Assembly (NCBI GenBank): GCA_041740355.1
Contig: JBGSMD010000051.1
Location: 32,001-96,000, forward strand
From: Bdellovibrionota bacterium
Lineage (GTDB): Bacteria; Bdellovibrionota_C; UBA2361; CALJRW01
Direction: 5' to 3'
Length of the DNA: 64,000 nucleotides
The notes under the pieces are model-generated. The model searched no databases and was not told the DNA's origin. It saw only the letters and a program-made list of their open reading frames with translations. Within the stretch, counting starts at the first letter, position 1. Every line of letters starts with the position of its first letter. This document shows, piece after piece, positions 47,456-57,543 of this stretch. The position numbers and the translations under genes were made by a program.

Positions 47456-48730
47456 TTGATGTTAACGCGTGATTTTTTAAAGTTACTAGGCAAAGCAACA
47501 ATTGCACTTACGGCACCACCTGTCACAACTTCCGCATTAAAATCTACAATCTTTCCAGCAATTGCAGAACTATTTCCTAAGGATTTACTAGATAGTTTTC
47601 TAGATTATAAACTTGTTAGATCTTTAAGACTTGGACAAAAAGAAACGGATCCACACCCTTATGAAGCATTAGAAAAGGCTTCTCGAAACATTACAGATTT
47701 GCTCGACTGTATTCAAAATCCAAGTCCCACAAAATATCGCTTTATTCCCCCTAATTTTCGCTTATTACAACTTCTCGGAAGTGAGTCACTTTGGGGAAGA
47801 GGTTTGTCAGAAAAGATATCATTAGAAGCATGGGCTCAATTTGGAGAAGCCGTTGAAAATCATGTGAAGTCAGTAAAAAGTCTGCCGGATCTCGAATTAC
47901 TAAAGTTATTTCCGGAAACTAAATCGGAAGCAAAACGTAAATTGAACTTGTCTGAATTTGAAGACCCACTTTTACTCAAAATGGCTGAATTACATCGAGA
48001 GAAAGTTATGGGAAAGGATGGAGTGGCATCAGGAATTAGAACTTTAATTGGATATCGACAAGAATTTAATCAGGGGATACGCCCAACACTAACCGGGATT
48101 AATGCCATTCTAAATTCTGATCCAACTGGCTTATTTGCCAAGAATCCAGATGCATTAGCTTTACTGCAACATCTGCAGGAATTTGGATTTAGTCCTTTCC
48201 CTGTTGGGAGTCGTCTGGCTCAAATTCAGTCAATCGCCAGAGCTTTTCGACAGTTCAATTCCCTACAAGGTAAAAAAGCACTTTTTGAAAAGCAAAAAAC
48301 TTTAGCAGAGCAATTATACAAAGAAAGCAAGGAATTAGGATTTGATCTACCACTCGATGAAACAATTAATTCTGCTCGATTCAGTAGTCAATTTGAAGAC
48401 CACCAGTCACGTTCCACTCGCCCCGGACGGAAGAATCCTTCCTACCAGAATGATATCTTACATCGCGAAGGCTTTATTGAAGATCTATATCTAATTTACA
48501 ACTTTACTCCACAAGGTCCGATTGTGAATATTCTAATGGCAAATCGCCAAGAATTTCGCCCGCTTCACGTCCAGTTTAGCGCTTTATCAATAGGTGTTAT
48601 TATGGATGCTCTGTGGGAGAACCTTGAACCGGAAAAACTCTTGAGTAAAGAAACACTACTTTTAAAGATGCATTGCAACTTAAATGAAATTATTATTGAA
48701 GCAAGCGAAATTGGCAATTTTCGTTGTTAG
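47456..48730 (+). CDS. Hypothetical protein
   Basis: 424-aa ORF; Tat-like N-terminus with a single Arg (LTRDFLK). Confidence 0.65.
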   Translation: MMLTRDFLKLLGKATIALTAPPVTTSALKSTIFPAIAELFPKDLLDSFLDYKLVRSLRLGQKETDPHPYEALEKASRNITDLLDCIQNPSPTKYRFIPPNFRLLQLLGSESLWGRGLSEKISLEAWAQFGEAVENHVKSVKSLPDLELLKLFPETKSEAKRKLNLSEFEDPLLLKMAELHREKVMGKDGVASGIRTLIGYRQEFNQGIRPTLTGINAILNSDPTGLFAKNPDALALLQHLQEFGFSPFPVGSRLAQIQSIARAFRQFNSLQGKKALFEKQKTLAEQLYKESKELGFDLPLDETINSARFSSQFEDHQSRSTRPGRKNPSYQNDILHREGFIEDLYLIYNFTPQGPIVNILMANRQEFRPLHVQFSALSIGVIMDALWENLEPEKLLSKETLLLKMHCNLNEIIIEASEIGNFRC

Positions 48731-49419
48731 ATTTTGCTTGCCAAATAGCAGTTTACAATTTGAAATGTGTATGTCTGATGCTTTAGGTTCTTAAAACCGT
48801 TTTGAGTTAAGATTTCTTGAAACTCTTTACCAGCAGGGAAGGCCTTAGCTGTTTCCGGTAAATACTCGTAGGCCGAGCGATTTCCAGTTAACAATTTGCC
48901 AATGAAAGGCATGATAAACTTAGAATAAAATAAGTAAAAAGGCGCAAACCAATTCTTTGGTTTTCCAAATTCTAGTATTAATATTTTCCCTCCAGGCTTA
49001 ATCACCCGATGAACTTCTTTTAAGCCCGAATTCAAGTTAGCAAAATTTCTTACTCCATATGCAATCGTGACAACATCAAAAGAATTATCAGCAAAAGATA
49101 AATTTAAGGCATCATCCACTTTTAATTTTAGATTAGGATATAACTCTGGGGGAAAGCGCTTGGCAGCAAATTCCAACATTTCCGGACAGAAATCTGCTCC
49201 TGTTACCTGACCGAATTTTTTGAGTAATTTTTTAAGTAAGGCGCCAGTTCCTGTACACAGATCCAAACAACTTGCTACTTTATTATCAGCAAGCATAGTT
49301 AAGGCTTGATTCTCCCAGTAGCGATGACAGCCAAGACTGAGCACATCGTTACTAAGGTCATAACGACCCGCAATATCTGCAAACATTGATTTTACCAGTT
49401 GAGGATTTTTATCAGTCAT
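48727..49419 (-). CDS. ubiE: UbiE/MenG C-methyltransferase
   Basis: VKSMFADIAGRYDLSNDVLSLG, LDLCTGTG, VTIAYGVRN, AYEYLPET; start likely ATG 49419. Confidence 0.92.
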   Translation of the reverse strand: MTDKNPQLVKSMFADIAGRYDLSNDVLSLGCHRYWENQALTMLADNKVASCLDLCTGTGALLKKLLKKFGQVTGADFCPEMLEFAAKRFPPELYPNLKLKVDDALNLSFADNSFDVVTIAYGVRNFANLNSGLKEVHRVIKPGGKILILEFGKPKNWFAPFYLFYSKFIMPFIGKLLTGNRSAYEYLPETAKAFPAGKEFQEILTQNGFKNLKHQTYTFQIVNCYLASKI

Positions 49420-49434
49420 TGCTATTATGCTTAT

Positions 49435-50256
49435 ATGAATCAACTTCGCCAAAAAATAACTAGCTATCTTTTAAACAATAATTTGTTTTTTGTCGAAATT
49501 ATTGCGCTAGCCCTACCAATATTAATGTTTAGTGTGCGAAACGATGCTGTTATTGACCTGATTTTAATAAAAAACTTACTATTTATTTGGATATCTTTAC
49601 TCAGTATTCAAATTCTTGCCCCTGCTATCTATAAGGCATATGAGCCAAATTCAAAATTTAAAAAAGAATCCTTACTTAAAAAAATAGAATTTTATTTTAA
49701 GATTTTATTCTTCTTTGCTTTAATCGTAGTCAGCACTAAGTTACTCAAAAACTATCTTAGTCCTCATAATTTTACATTATTATTAATAACATTATTTCTA
49801 AAGATTTTAGTTATTAAATCTAGACTAGATAGTTTCTCCATTTTGAAAATTGCTATAATTCGTTTTTGCCTCCTTACTACTTTGTCCTTTTTAGCCTCAT
49901 TAGTTTTTCTCGAGCTAATCTTACTTCCAGCAAGCTTACTAGCCATCAGCGTGGGTTGCCTACTTACTGGATTCTCACTAATAGATCTTTATCTTCCAAG
50001 CAAAAATTGCTCGGCTAAAACATTAAGACTTCCTGGTATGTTTTATTTACTCCATGCTGGTCTGCAATCAATCTATGTAATCTTGGAACTAACATACCCC
50101 TGGCATTTTTTAGGACTGTTTTTGACTCCGCTAATTGTTAAAATGACACCAATTCCGAATTCTGAAATATCGCTACAAATTCTGAATAAGTTCCTCAGAT
50201 TAAACATATTAGTCTTTGTCCTTTTTCTTGGAATTATGCTATTTATGAAAGGCTAA
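49435..50256 (+). CDS. Multi-pass membrane hypothetical protein
   Basis: About 8-9 hydrophobic helices; start likely ATG 49435. Confidence 0.65.
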   Translation: MNQLRQKITSYLLNNNLFFVEIIALALPILMFSVRNDAVIDLILIKNLLFIWISLLSIQILAPAIYKAYEPNSKFKKESLLKKIEFYFKILFFFALIVVSTKLLKNYLSPHNFTLLLITLFLKILVIKSRLDSFSILKIAIIRFCLLTTLSFLASLVFLELILLPASLLAISVGCLLTGFSLIDLYLPSKNCSAKTLRLPGMFYLLHAGLQSIYVILELTYPWHFLGLFLTPLIVKMTPIPNSEISLQILNKFLRLNILVFVLFLGIMLFMKG

Positions 50257-50367
50257 ATCCCCTACTTCGCTAAAATATCCACCTTTGCGGAAGCCATGGC
50301 TGACGACGAGGTGGAGAAGTCGAAGAAAAGGACTGTTCCTAAATTTACCAAGCTTTTTTAATTATTT

Positions 50368-51900
50368 ATGACTACTAAACCAGAAATTACTGACAAACTT
50401 GATAAGATTGTTTCGCTCTGTAAGCGACGAGGCTTTATTTTCCAAAGCAGTGAAATATATGGTGGTTTAAAATCAGCCTATGACTATGGCCCACTTGGTG
50501 TTGAATTAAAAAGAAACATCGCTAGCGAATGGTGGAGATCAATGGTTCATGAGCGTGAAGATATTGTGGGAATTGATGCCTCGATCATGATGCATCCAAA
50601 AGTATGGCAAGCAAGTGGACACGCAGCAGGATTTAGCGATCCACTTGTCGATTGTTTAAACTGCAAAGAAAGGTTTCGAGCGGACAAAGCTCCACAGATT
50701 GCACCAGGAACTGCTATTGAATTTAAAATCGGTGGTAAGGAAAAGGGTGAGCTAAAAAAATCAGTAGTTGGTCCTCAAGGTTATGTATGTCCGCTTTGTA
50801 ATTGCTCCGAGCTTTCTGCCGAAAGGGATTTTAACCTAATGTTTTCTACTTCGATTGGGCCTGTCAGTCCAATGGATCAATTTATTACTGAAATTGAGAA
50901 CAAACCCTTAACGCGACAGGAGCTGAAAGAATTACTTGAAGAATCAGTAAGTCGCACTAGAACTTACTTAAGACCAGAAACTGCCCAAGCAATGTTTGTG
51001 CAATTCTTAAATGTTCAACAAACACAAGCAATGAAAATTCCTTTTGGAATTGCGCAACAAGGAAAGTCTTTTAGGAATGAGATAACAACTGAGAAGTATA
51101 TATTCCGAACTTGTGAATTTGAGCAAATGGAAATGGAATACTTCATTGAACCTGGCACCCATGTTGAATCAATTGCTTATTGGAAGGAAGAACGACTTAG
51201 TTGGTGGAAAAAATTTGCTAATTATCCAGAGGATTTTGCCCTGCGTCAACATGAGCCAGATGAACTTGCGCACTACTCTTATGATTGCTACGACGTGGAA
51301 TATCAATACCCGTGGGGATTTGATGAATTAGAGGGTGTTGCCTCCAGAACAGACTATGACCTTAAAAAACACACCGAGTACTCTGGGGTAAAGCTGACCT
51401 ATTTTGATCAAAACAAAAACGATCCGGAAACTGGTAAACCAGGTTGGAGATATGTTCCCTATGTTATTGAACCCGCCGCTGGACTAACCAGAGGTGTGCT
51501 TTGTTACTTACTTGATGCCTACACCGAAGAACATGGAACAGATGCTGATGGTCAGGAGAAACAAAGAGTTGTTCTCAAGTTACATCCTAGATTTGCACCA
51601 ATTAAAGTTGCCGTGTTACCACTATTAAAAAAAGATGGACTACCAGAACAAGCACGGGAAATCGTCAGTCGTTTTTTCAATGCGGGAATTAATGCTAAAT
51701 ATGACGAGCAACATTCGATTGGAAAACGTTATGCTAAACATGATGAAATTGGAACGCCCTATTGCATTACAGTTGATCATCAAAGTTTAGAAGATTTCAC
51801 TGTTACTATTCGAGATCGCGATACTACCAAGCAAGTTAGAGTACCAATGGCCGAAGCGCTAAAAACTGTAACTGATAGACTAACCCTACTTCAAAAATAA
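50368..51900 (+). CDS. glyQS: Glycine--tRNA ligase, alpha2 (homodimeric) type
   Basis: YDYGPLG, LRPETAQ, GKSFRNEI, EFEQME, PYVIEPAAG. Confidence 0.96.
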   Translation: MTTKPEITDKLDKIVSLCKRRGFIFQSSEIYGGLKSAYDYGPLGVELKRNIASEWWRSMVHEREDIVGIDASIMMHPKVWQASGHAAGFSDPLVDCLNCKERFRADKAPQIAPGTAIEFKIGGKEKGELKKSVVGPQGYVCPLCNCSELSAERDFNLMFSTSIGPVSPMDQFITEIENKPLTRQELKELLEESVSRTRTYLRPETAQAMFVQFLNVQQTQAMKIPFGIAQQGKSFRNEITTEKYIFRTCEFEQMEMEYFIEPGTHVESIAYWKEERLSWWKKFANYPEDFALRQHEPDELAHYSYDCYDVEYQYPWGFDELEGVASRTDYDLKKHTEYSGVKLTYFDQNKNDPETGKPGWRYVPYVIEPAAGLTRGVLCYLLDAYTEEHGTDADGQEKQRVVLKLHPRFAPIKVAVLPLLKKDGLPEQAREIVSRFFNAGINAKYDEQHSIGKRYAKHDEIGTPYCITVDHQSLEDFTVTIRDRDTTKQVRVPMAEALKTVTDRLTLLQK

Positions 51901-51906
51901 ATTACT

Positions 51907-52764
51907 ATGACACTTATTCGTTTTGCTGTTCAAAAATCTGGTCGCTTAAGAGATAACTCCCTTGATATAATCAAACGTTTAGGAGTTAAGATCCCACACA
52001 ATAAAGAAATGCTACGACTTGAGAGCTCTAACTTTCCCATCGAGTTTTTATTTTTAAGAGATGATGACATTCCTGGTTATGTAGAACAAGGAGTTGCTGA
52101 TGTTGGAATTGTTGGTGAAAACGTCCTAAAAGAGACAGGCGCAAAAGTAAAAATTGCTCGACGTTTAGACTTTTCTCATTGCCGACTTAGTATTGCAGTT
52201 GCTCATGCTAATCCAGCAAAATCCTTGAAAGATCTCGAAGGTAAGTCTATTGCTACAAGTTATCCAAACATTTTAAAAAAATATGCTAAGAAGCAGGATG
52301 TTAATTTAGATATTCGTTTTATTAGTGGTTCCGTAGAAGTTGCCCCGGGGATTAAATTAGCCGATGGGATTTTTGATATTGTCAGCACTGGAAGTACTTT
52401 AATTCAAAATGGTCTGAGAGAAATTGAAGTTGTGATGCAGTCTCAAGCTGTCTTAGCAGCAAGTCCAAATCTGTCTCCGGAAAAACAACAAATTCTAGAT
52501 AATTTATTGTTTCGCTTAGATGCGATATTAAAAGCTGGGGATTATAAGTATATAGTGATGAATGTACCAAAATCCGTCTTGCCTGATGTCCAAAAATTAC
52601 TACCTGGATTAAAACACCCAACAATTACACAACTCTATGACCCTGATTGGTATTCCATCTCTACCGTTGTTAAAGAAGCAGAATTTTGGACTAGCATCGA
52701 AAAATTAAAAATTGCCGGTGCTCAAGATATTCTAGTGATGCCAATTGAAAAATTAGTCATCTAA
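51907..52764 (+). CDS. hisG: ATP phosphoribosyltransferase, long form
   Basis: AVQKSGRL, RDDDIPGYV, IATSYP, GSVEVAP, DIVSTGSTL; C-terminal regulatory domain. Confidence 0.96.
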   Translation: MTLIRFAVQKSGRLRDNSLDIIKRLGVKIPHNKEMLRLESSNFPIEFLFLRDDDIPGYVEQGVADVGIVGENVLKETGAKVKIARRLDFSHCRLSIAVAHANPAKSLKDLEGKSIATSYPNILKKYAKKQDVNLDIRFISGSVEVAPGIKLADGIFDIVSTGSTLIQNGLREIEVVMQSQAVLAASPNLSPEKQQILDNLLFRLDAILKAGDYKYIVMNVPKSVLPDVQKLLPGLKHPTITQLYDPDWYSISTVVKEAEFWTSIEKLKIAGAQDILVMPIEKLVI

Positions 52765-52859
52765 AAATTCCACCAGTGTAGATGGTACAAATTGTAGTTG
52801 CTCACTTGAAAGCTGCCATCTTGTTCCTAGAATTAGTTTTCTAAAATGCTTTTTGAAAT

Positions 52860-54164
52860 ATGTCTCGCAACCTAAACTTAATCTACAAAGAGGTATTCTT
52901 CTTTGCTCTAATGCTTGGCGCTGGCGAGTCCTACTTAGGGGCCTATGCCCTATTTCTTGGAGCCTCTCCCTTACTAGTTGGAATGGTTGGAGCGGCACCG
53001 GTAGTTTTTGCTTCAGCGGGACAATTTTTAGCATTCTATCTTAATCAAGTTTATAAAATTCGGACGATTCTTTTAAGTACAATAACTTTAGAAATTTTAA
53101 GTTTTGGCTGCTTAGCAACACCTCTTTTTTTCCCTAATTATGCCATCCCGACATTTGTAGCGAGCACAGCTTTCTATTTTATTATTAGGAACGTAACAGC
53201 CCCAACACAAAATCTGTTCTTCAAAAATACCATTCCACAGGATATTCGCGGAACCTTTTCTGGGAAACGACAAAAGGCTAGTTTTTTGGTAATTCTAATC
53301 TGCTTAGTTATTCTGGGAGGGATTTTAGAACTTGCAAAAAATTATCATCAGGAATTTTATGCCTACTTAGGTTTTTGCCTGATTGCGGCCTTAGCCAGAG
53401 TTAGAAGTTTTTTCCTTTTTCTTCAAATGGATATTCCCAATATCTCTTTAGAAAAACCAAGTAGTTTTAGCTTCTTAGATTTTACGCGTAAACTTTCTCA
53501 AAATAATTTTGGACGATTCGTTTTACTAACAACAATGATGGGCTTTGCTTCCAACTTTATTGGTGGCTACTTAGCGGTTTATTTCTTGAAAGAATTACAG
53601 GTTAGTTATTTAGTTTTTGCCCTACTAATTAGCATCTCTTGGTTGGCACAATACTTCTCCGTGACATTCTGGGGACAATTAACTGATAAAATTGGTTCTC
53701 GGGCAATTGTCATCGTTACCTCTTATGGACTAACAGCGATTCCCCTCTTTTGGCTATGCGGAACTAATTTAGCATGGATGTGCTTTGTACAAATTTTTTC
53801 GGGAATTGCTTGGTCGGGATACAACCTGGCAACATCGGACTATACTTTTGATGCTGTAGAAGGAAAAAATTACGTGAAATGCCAAGCCTATCAAGCGACG
53901 ATTAATTCAGTCGGTGTGATACTTGCCGTTGTTATTTCTGGACTTTTTCAGAACTATGCTTACGCGGGAGACCTAATTACAAATCCATTTGTGATTGTTT
54001 TTGCTGTTTCATTTCTGCTGAGAGTCTTAACAGTTTTTTTACTAACTTCCAGAATAAACGAAGTTAAGAAGTTTCCCGATGACCACAAGGTAAATATAAA
54101 TTTTAATTTTGCAGGTTTAAATGTTGTTGCCCGTGCCAACCTAAACTTTTTTCGGAAAGAATAA
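52860..54164 (+). CDS. MFS transporter
   Basis: About 12 TM helices, WGQLTDKIGSR motif A. Confidence 0.85.
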   Translation: MSRNLNLIYKEVFFFALMLGAGESYLGAYALFLGASPLLVGMVGAAPVVFASAGQFLAFYLNQVYKIRTILLSTITLEILSFGCLATPLFFPNYAIPTFVASTAFYFIIRNVTAPTQNLFFKNTIPQDIRGTFSGKRQKASFLVILICLVILGGILELAKNYHQEFYAYLGFCLIAALARVRSFFLFLQMDIPNISLEKPSSFSFLDFTRKLSQNNFGRFVLLTTMMGFASNFIGGYLAVYFLKELQVSYLVFALLISISWLAQYFSVTFWGQLTDKIGSRAIVIVTSYGLTAIPLFWLCGTNLAWMCFVQIFSGIAWSGYNLATSDYTFDAVEGKNYVKCQAYQATINSVGVILAVVISGLFQNYAYAGDLITNPFVIVFAVSFLLRVLTVFLLTSRINEVKKFPDDHKVNINFNFAGLNVVARANLNFFRKE

Positions 54165-54168
54165 TCTC

Positions 54169-54228
54169 CCTCGAGAGCCTCGGGACACAGCCTCGAGAGC
54201 CTCGGGACAAAGCCTCGAGAGCCTCGGG
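54169..54228 (+). repeat. 22-bp tandem REP-like repeat, about 2.7 units (CCTCGAGAGCCTCGGGACAMAG)
   Basis: Units start at 54169, 54191, 54213; between convergent genes. Confidence 0.9.
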
Positions 54229-54247
54229 GGATTGCTAGAATATTAAA

Positions 54248-55276
54248 CTATTGAAAATCCTTGGCGTAATTCAAAACCTCGGCAATCTCTTTAATTTGAA
54301 TACGAATTTTTCTTTTTTGTTTTGCTCTTGTTGACCTTAAAAGTTTTGATTTCAATTTACTCTTCTGTTTTTTTAGCTTAAGTAATTCTTTGGTATCCCA
54401 AGATTCCAATCCACAGGCAGTTAAAGAACTTAAACATTCATAGCGCTGACAGCCATTAGGAATACGAATAATTCTAAATTCAGCTAATGATGTAACTGCT
54501 ACCAGTACATCTTCGCCAAAGCTACAACCAGATTTAGAGGCACGGGATGTTGTACAACGTCCATTACTAGGACCATTATCACTTAATGTCTCCCCATCAA
54601 CTACTAAAGATGTTGTTGGATTTGTAAGAATTACTAACTTGCCATTACTTTCAGAAACTGGCTTCCATAAAAAATGTGTCAAATCGCTATAAGGGCTTGT
54701 TGTACAGACTCCCGGATCTTCCTCTTCTTCCTCTGGAATTAGTTCTTCTTCAATCGGATCATCCGCTCCAAGATCTGCGCCACAAATATCAAAGAGTGTC
54801 TCAATCGATTCAATAAATTCTGTAGTTAATTTGCTCGACACAATCCTTTTAATTTCCTGTGTCTCGGGACCAGAACTGAAATTAATGATTGCCTTGGCTG
54901 TTAAAGCCAAACTTACTAAATCACGAACCTTTGTTGGTCTAATCTGAGGGCAAGCTTGTTTCTTATAACCTTCGGCTATGTTTTCCGGAAGATTGCCATA
55001 ACAAAAACCAGCAATGGCCATCACGGGATTTAAACTTTCACTTGTGACGTTAGCTAGCTTGGCACTTAAGGTATTGTAAGAGACCAATAGACCTTCAATT
55101 TGAGTACGATTTTCTCTTTGATGAAGCGCTACTTGAATTGCTTCTCGATTATCAGCGATATAAAGCACATCATCGAAATTTGTCGCTGGAATATCATCGC
55201 AAAAATTATTAATATCAGCTGCAAAAGCCTGAATTGAAGTAAGGGAAATAAGAAGTAAACCTGTTAAGAATCGCAT
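54248..55276 (-). CDS. Secreted Cys-rich hypothetical protein
   Basis: Signal peptide, acidic linker, FLWKPVSESNGKLVIL domain, basic tail. Confidence 0.75.
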   Translation of the reverse strand: MRFLTGLLLISLTSIQAFAADINNFCDDIPATNFDDVLYIADNREAIQVALHQRENRTQIEGLLVSYNTLSAKLANVTSESLNPVMAIAGFCYGNLPENIAEGYKKQACPQIRPTKVRDLVSLALTAKAIINFSSGPETQEIKRIVSSKLTTEFIESIETLFDICGADLGADDPIEEELIPEEEEEDPGVCTTSPYSDLTHFLWKPVSESNGKLVILTNPTTSLVVDGETLSDNGPSNGRCTTSRASKSGCSFGEDVLVAVTSLAEFRIIRIPNGCQRYECLSSLTACGLESWDTKELLKLKKQKSKLKSKLLRSTRAKQKRKIRIQIKEIAEVLNYAKDFQ

Positions 55277-55361
55277 AGTGGAATTAGTAGTAAAATAACC
55301 TTACATGCTAATCCACCTAAGTCGGCTGTTTGCTTCTTATTATCTGAGAATCAGAAAAGCA

Positions 55362-55985
55362 CTAAGTGTCTGATTTTACAATTAATTCCCCAGAGGAATT
55401 AAAATACTTTTGAAAGTTTGTAACTCCTTCTAGTAAATACTGTCCTTCCTTAGTTCCTACTATCCAAGCAGGTGATTTTTTAACTGAAAACTCAGAGGGT
55501 ATTTCTGCAGAGAAGAAGATAGCACCTCCCCGTCCATCAATCATCGCACTTACTTTGTTCATTTCCTTAGAACTAAAATCTTTACCAACGGCATAGACCG
55601 GTCCAAGATCATAATCATGCTCCACTGCAAATTGTAAGAAGTTTCCAATTTCAGTAAAAAAGTGCGCTTGATCATGGGCATTAATAATAATTCCCAACCA
55701 ACTTACTTTATGTTTTCCACTTGGCGGCTTGAGTTCTGTTGTATTTAGAATCGAACCTGATTTTACGACTTCTGCCGGAGAATTCTTTATTACCTCCTGC
55801 TGTTCAATAATATTACTTTTCTGATTTGTTGGGGCTACTACTTCACCATCAATCTTTTCACCCTTTCGAGGTTTAAAGACGTTCATGTCATATTCATTGC
55901 CAAAGAATCCAGTTTCCTCTGCAAGTAAATTTGCAGAAGAAAATAGTGCCAATAATAAAATGAGCTTAATAGAAAATTGTTTCAT
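55362..55985 (-). CDS. Secreted protein, possible TrbC(F-type)-like
   Basis: Signal peptide from ATG 55985; IPSEFSVKKSPAWIV...LEG resembles the TrbC C-terminal motif. Confidence 0.45.
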   Translation of the reverse strand: MKQFSIKLILLLALFSSANLLAEETGFFGNEYDMNVFKPRKGEKIDGEVVAPTNQKSNIIEQQEVIKNSPAEVVKSGSILNTTELKPPSGKHKVSWLGIIINAHDQAHFFTEIGNFLQFAVEHDYDLGPVYAVGKDFSSKEMNKVSAMIDGRGGAIFFSAEIPSEFSVKKSPAWIVGTKEGQYLLEGVTNFQKYFNSSGELIVKSDT

Positions 55986-57543
55986 TCTCAATTGGTAAAT
56001 AACAAACTGGACAAGCTTGAACAAAGCGATAATGTGCTGAAACAAAACGCTCGCCATCAGCATTTACATTAGCATCCTTATACCTTTCTCCCATAATCCT
56101 TGGTAAATAGTATTGGCCATCTGTAATACAACTTTGGTTGCCATTTCGAGCAACATTGCGACTACGATTAAATGGTTGCCCACGATGAAGATCTAAGAAT
56201 TGTAGTCGGTCACGCTTATGCTCACCTTCATCTTCAAATTGTACATCATGGAATTTCCCAATTTCTTGACTCTGATTCGGATTTAACATACCAAGATTTT
56301 CTCCCATAAGATAGGCTAATTTAATGGCAACATAGTCTCTCTTAGTAGCAGCTTGAGTGGCATAAAGTGTTTCTTTATCAAAGTTAATTGGGACTGAAAA
56401 TAATCGTCCATAAAATGAAATATTTCCAGGAGCACACTTGTAGGCTCCACTAAATTTACTGTTATCATTACTCGGATCAATCAAAGTATGCAGGCTCGGT
56501 TTATTGGCTCCTTCATTTTTAAAAATAGTATCTAAGCTTCCCAGATCTTGTTTTTGCTGTCGACAATTATCCATTTTATTTTCGGCCTGCAATAGCTTTT
56601 GAAGTATGGTATTACCATAGGCTTGCTCGGCAAAACGCATTGTCATCAAGGCTTCTGGAAACTCACTAAACCAAATTGGCACCGGATTTTTAATCGGAAC
56701 CCAAGAATTCACTGCTCCCTGATGAGTCCAAATATCTTCGAAATAGTCTTCTCTATTTCTTTGATTAACATCAAAGCCTGTTGGATAGACGTGCATTTCC
56801 ATAAAACGTCCATTCTTGGAAATCGCATGACGAAGAGTAGCATCATCCATGGAAACTTTTTTACCATCTATCTCAATCTCTAATGTTTTAAATTCCTTAA
56901 TCGAATCAATCACCCCTTGATCCTTCGATATTTGCTCTTGTAAGATATTTTTAATTTCATTGATATCTTGTTGCTCAAGATGTTTAGAGCCATCGGCAAA
57001 TTTATTTTTTACTGCAGCCAATCGATCGATCTCACCTTTCGCAGGTTCAGTCGATCCACCCTGTGCTTGAACTAACATTCCTAAATGCAAAAACTGTTCT
57101 GCTTTTGCTTTTAAATTCCTCGCAATGTCTGCTGTCATAAACTCCGTATCATAGGGAGTTTGTGTTGTTTCAGTTAATTGAAAGGGAACATAATAACTAT
57201 GAAGTGGTATAGTATCTTCTAATTCGCCAGCATAGGAATTTTCAGAATAATCACGACAGAGATAAAATGAATACTCTCCAATTCCAACTTGTAAATTTCT
57301 AGCCAGTTTACATCCAGAACCTTGTACTCGCTTTCGTCCTAAACAACTATTAGGATTATCAGTATAATGATCCAACATACGATCCGCAGCTTTTGTAAAA
57401 GAATCCTCTACATCAGAATTACTAATCTCACTAATTAATCGATCCGTTGGGCTAAGTGGTGTTCCCACCTTGATCTTCAGATCTTCGGCCTGGAGTAATA
57501 AAGGAACTAATAGAATTAAACCTAAAATTTTAAAAACCTTCAT
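55966..57543 (-). CDS. Secreted protein, divergent TraU-like
   Basis: YYVPFQLTETTQTPY, FMEMHVYP, WFSEFP, RLQFL, ERFVSAHYRFVQAC in the order of TraU motifs. Confidence 0.5.
   Translation of the reverse strand: MKVFKILGLILLVPLLLQAEDLKIKVGTPLSPTDRLISEISNSDVEDSFTKAADRMLDHYTDNPNSCLGRKRVQGSGCKLARNLQVGIGEYSFYLCRDYSENSYAGELEDTIPLHSYYVPFQLTETTQTPYDTEFMTADIARNLKAKAEQFLHLGMLVQAQGGSTEPAKGEIDRLAAVKNKFADGSKHLEQQDINEIKNILQEQISKDQGVIDSIKEFKTLEIEIDGKKVSMDDATLRHAISKNGRFMEMHVYPTGFDVNQRNREDYFEDIWTHQGAVNSWVPIKNPVPIWFSEFPEALMTMRFAEQAYGNTILQKLLQAENKMDNCRQQKQDLGSLDTIFKNEGANKPSLHTLIDPSNDNSKFSGAYKCAPGNISFYGRLFSVPINFDKETLYATQAATKRDYVAIKLAYLMGENLGMLNPNQSQEIGKFHDVQFEDEGEHKRDRLQFLDLHRGQPFNRSRNVARNGNQSCITDGQYYLPRIMGERYKDANVNADGERFVSAHYRFVQACPVCYLPIENETIFY

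Noticed and set aside
50257-50367. T-box leader upstream of glyQS
   Set aside because: Only about 110 nt with no T-box consensus; hairpins resemble the REP-like element nested at ~21636
54169-54228. Possible CRISPR array
   Set aside because: Units are directly tandem with no unique spacers, and no cas genes are present
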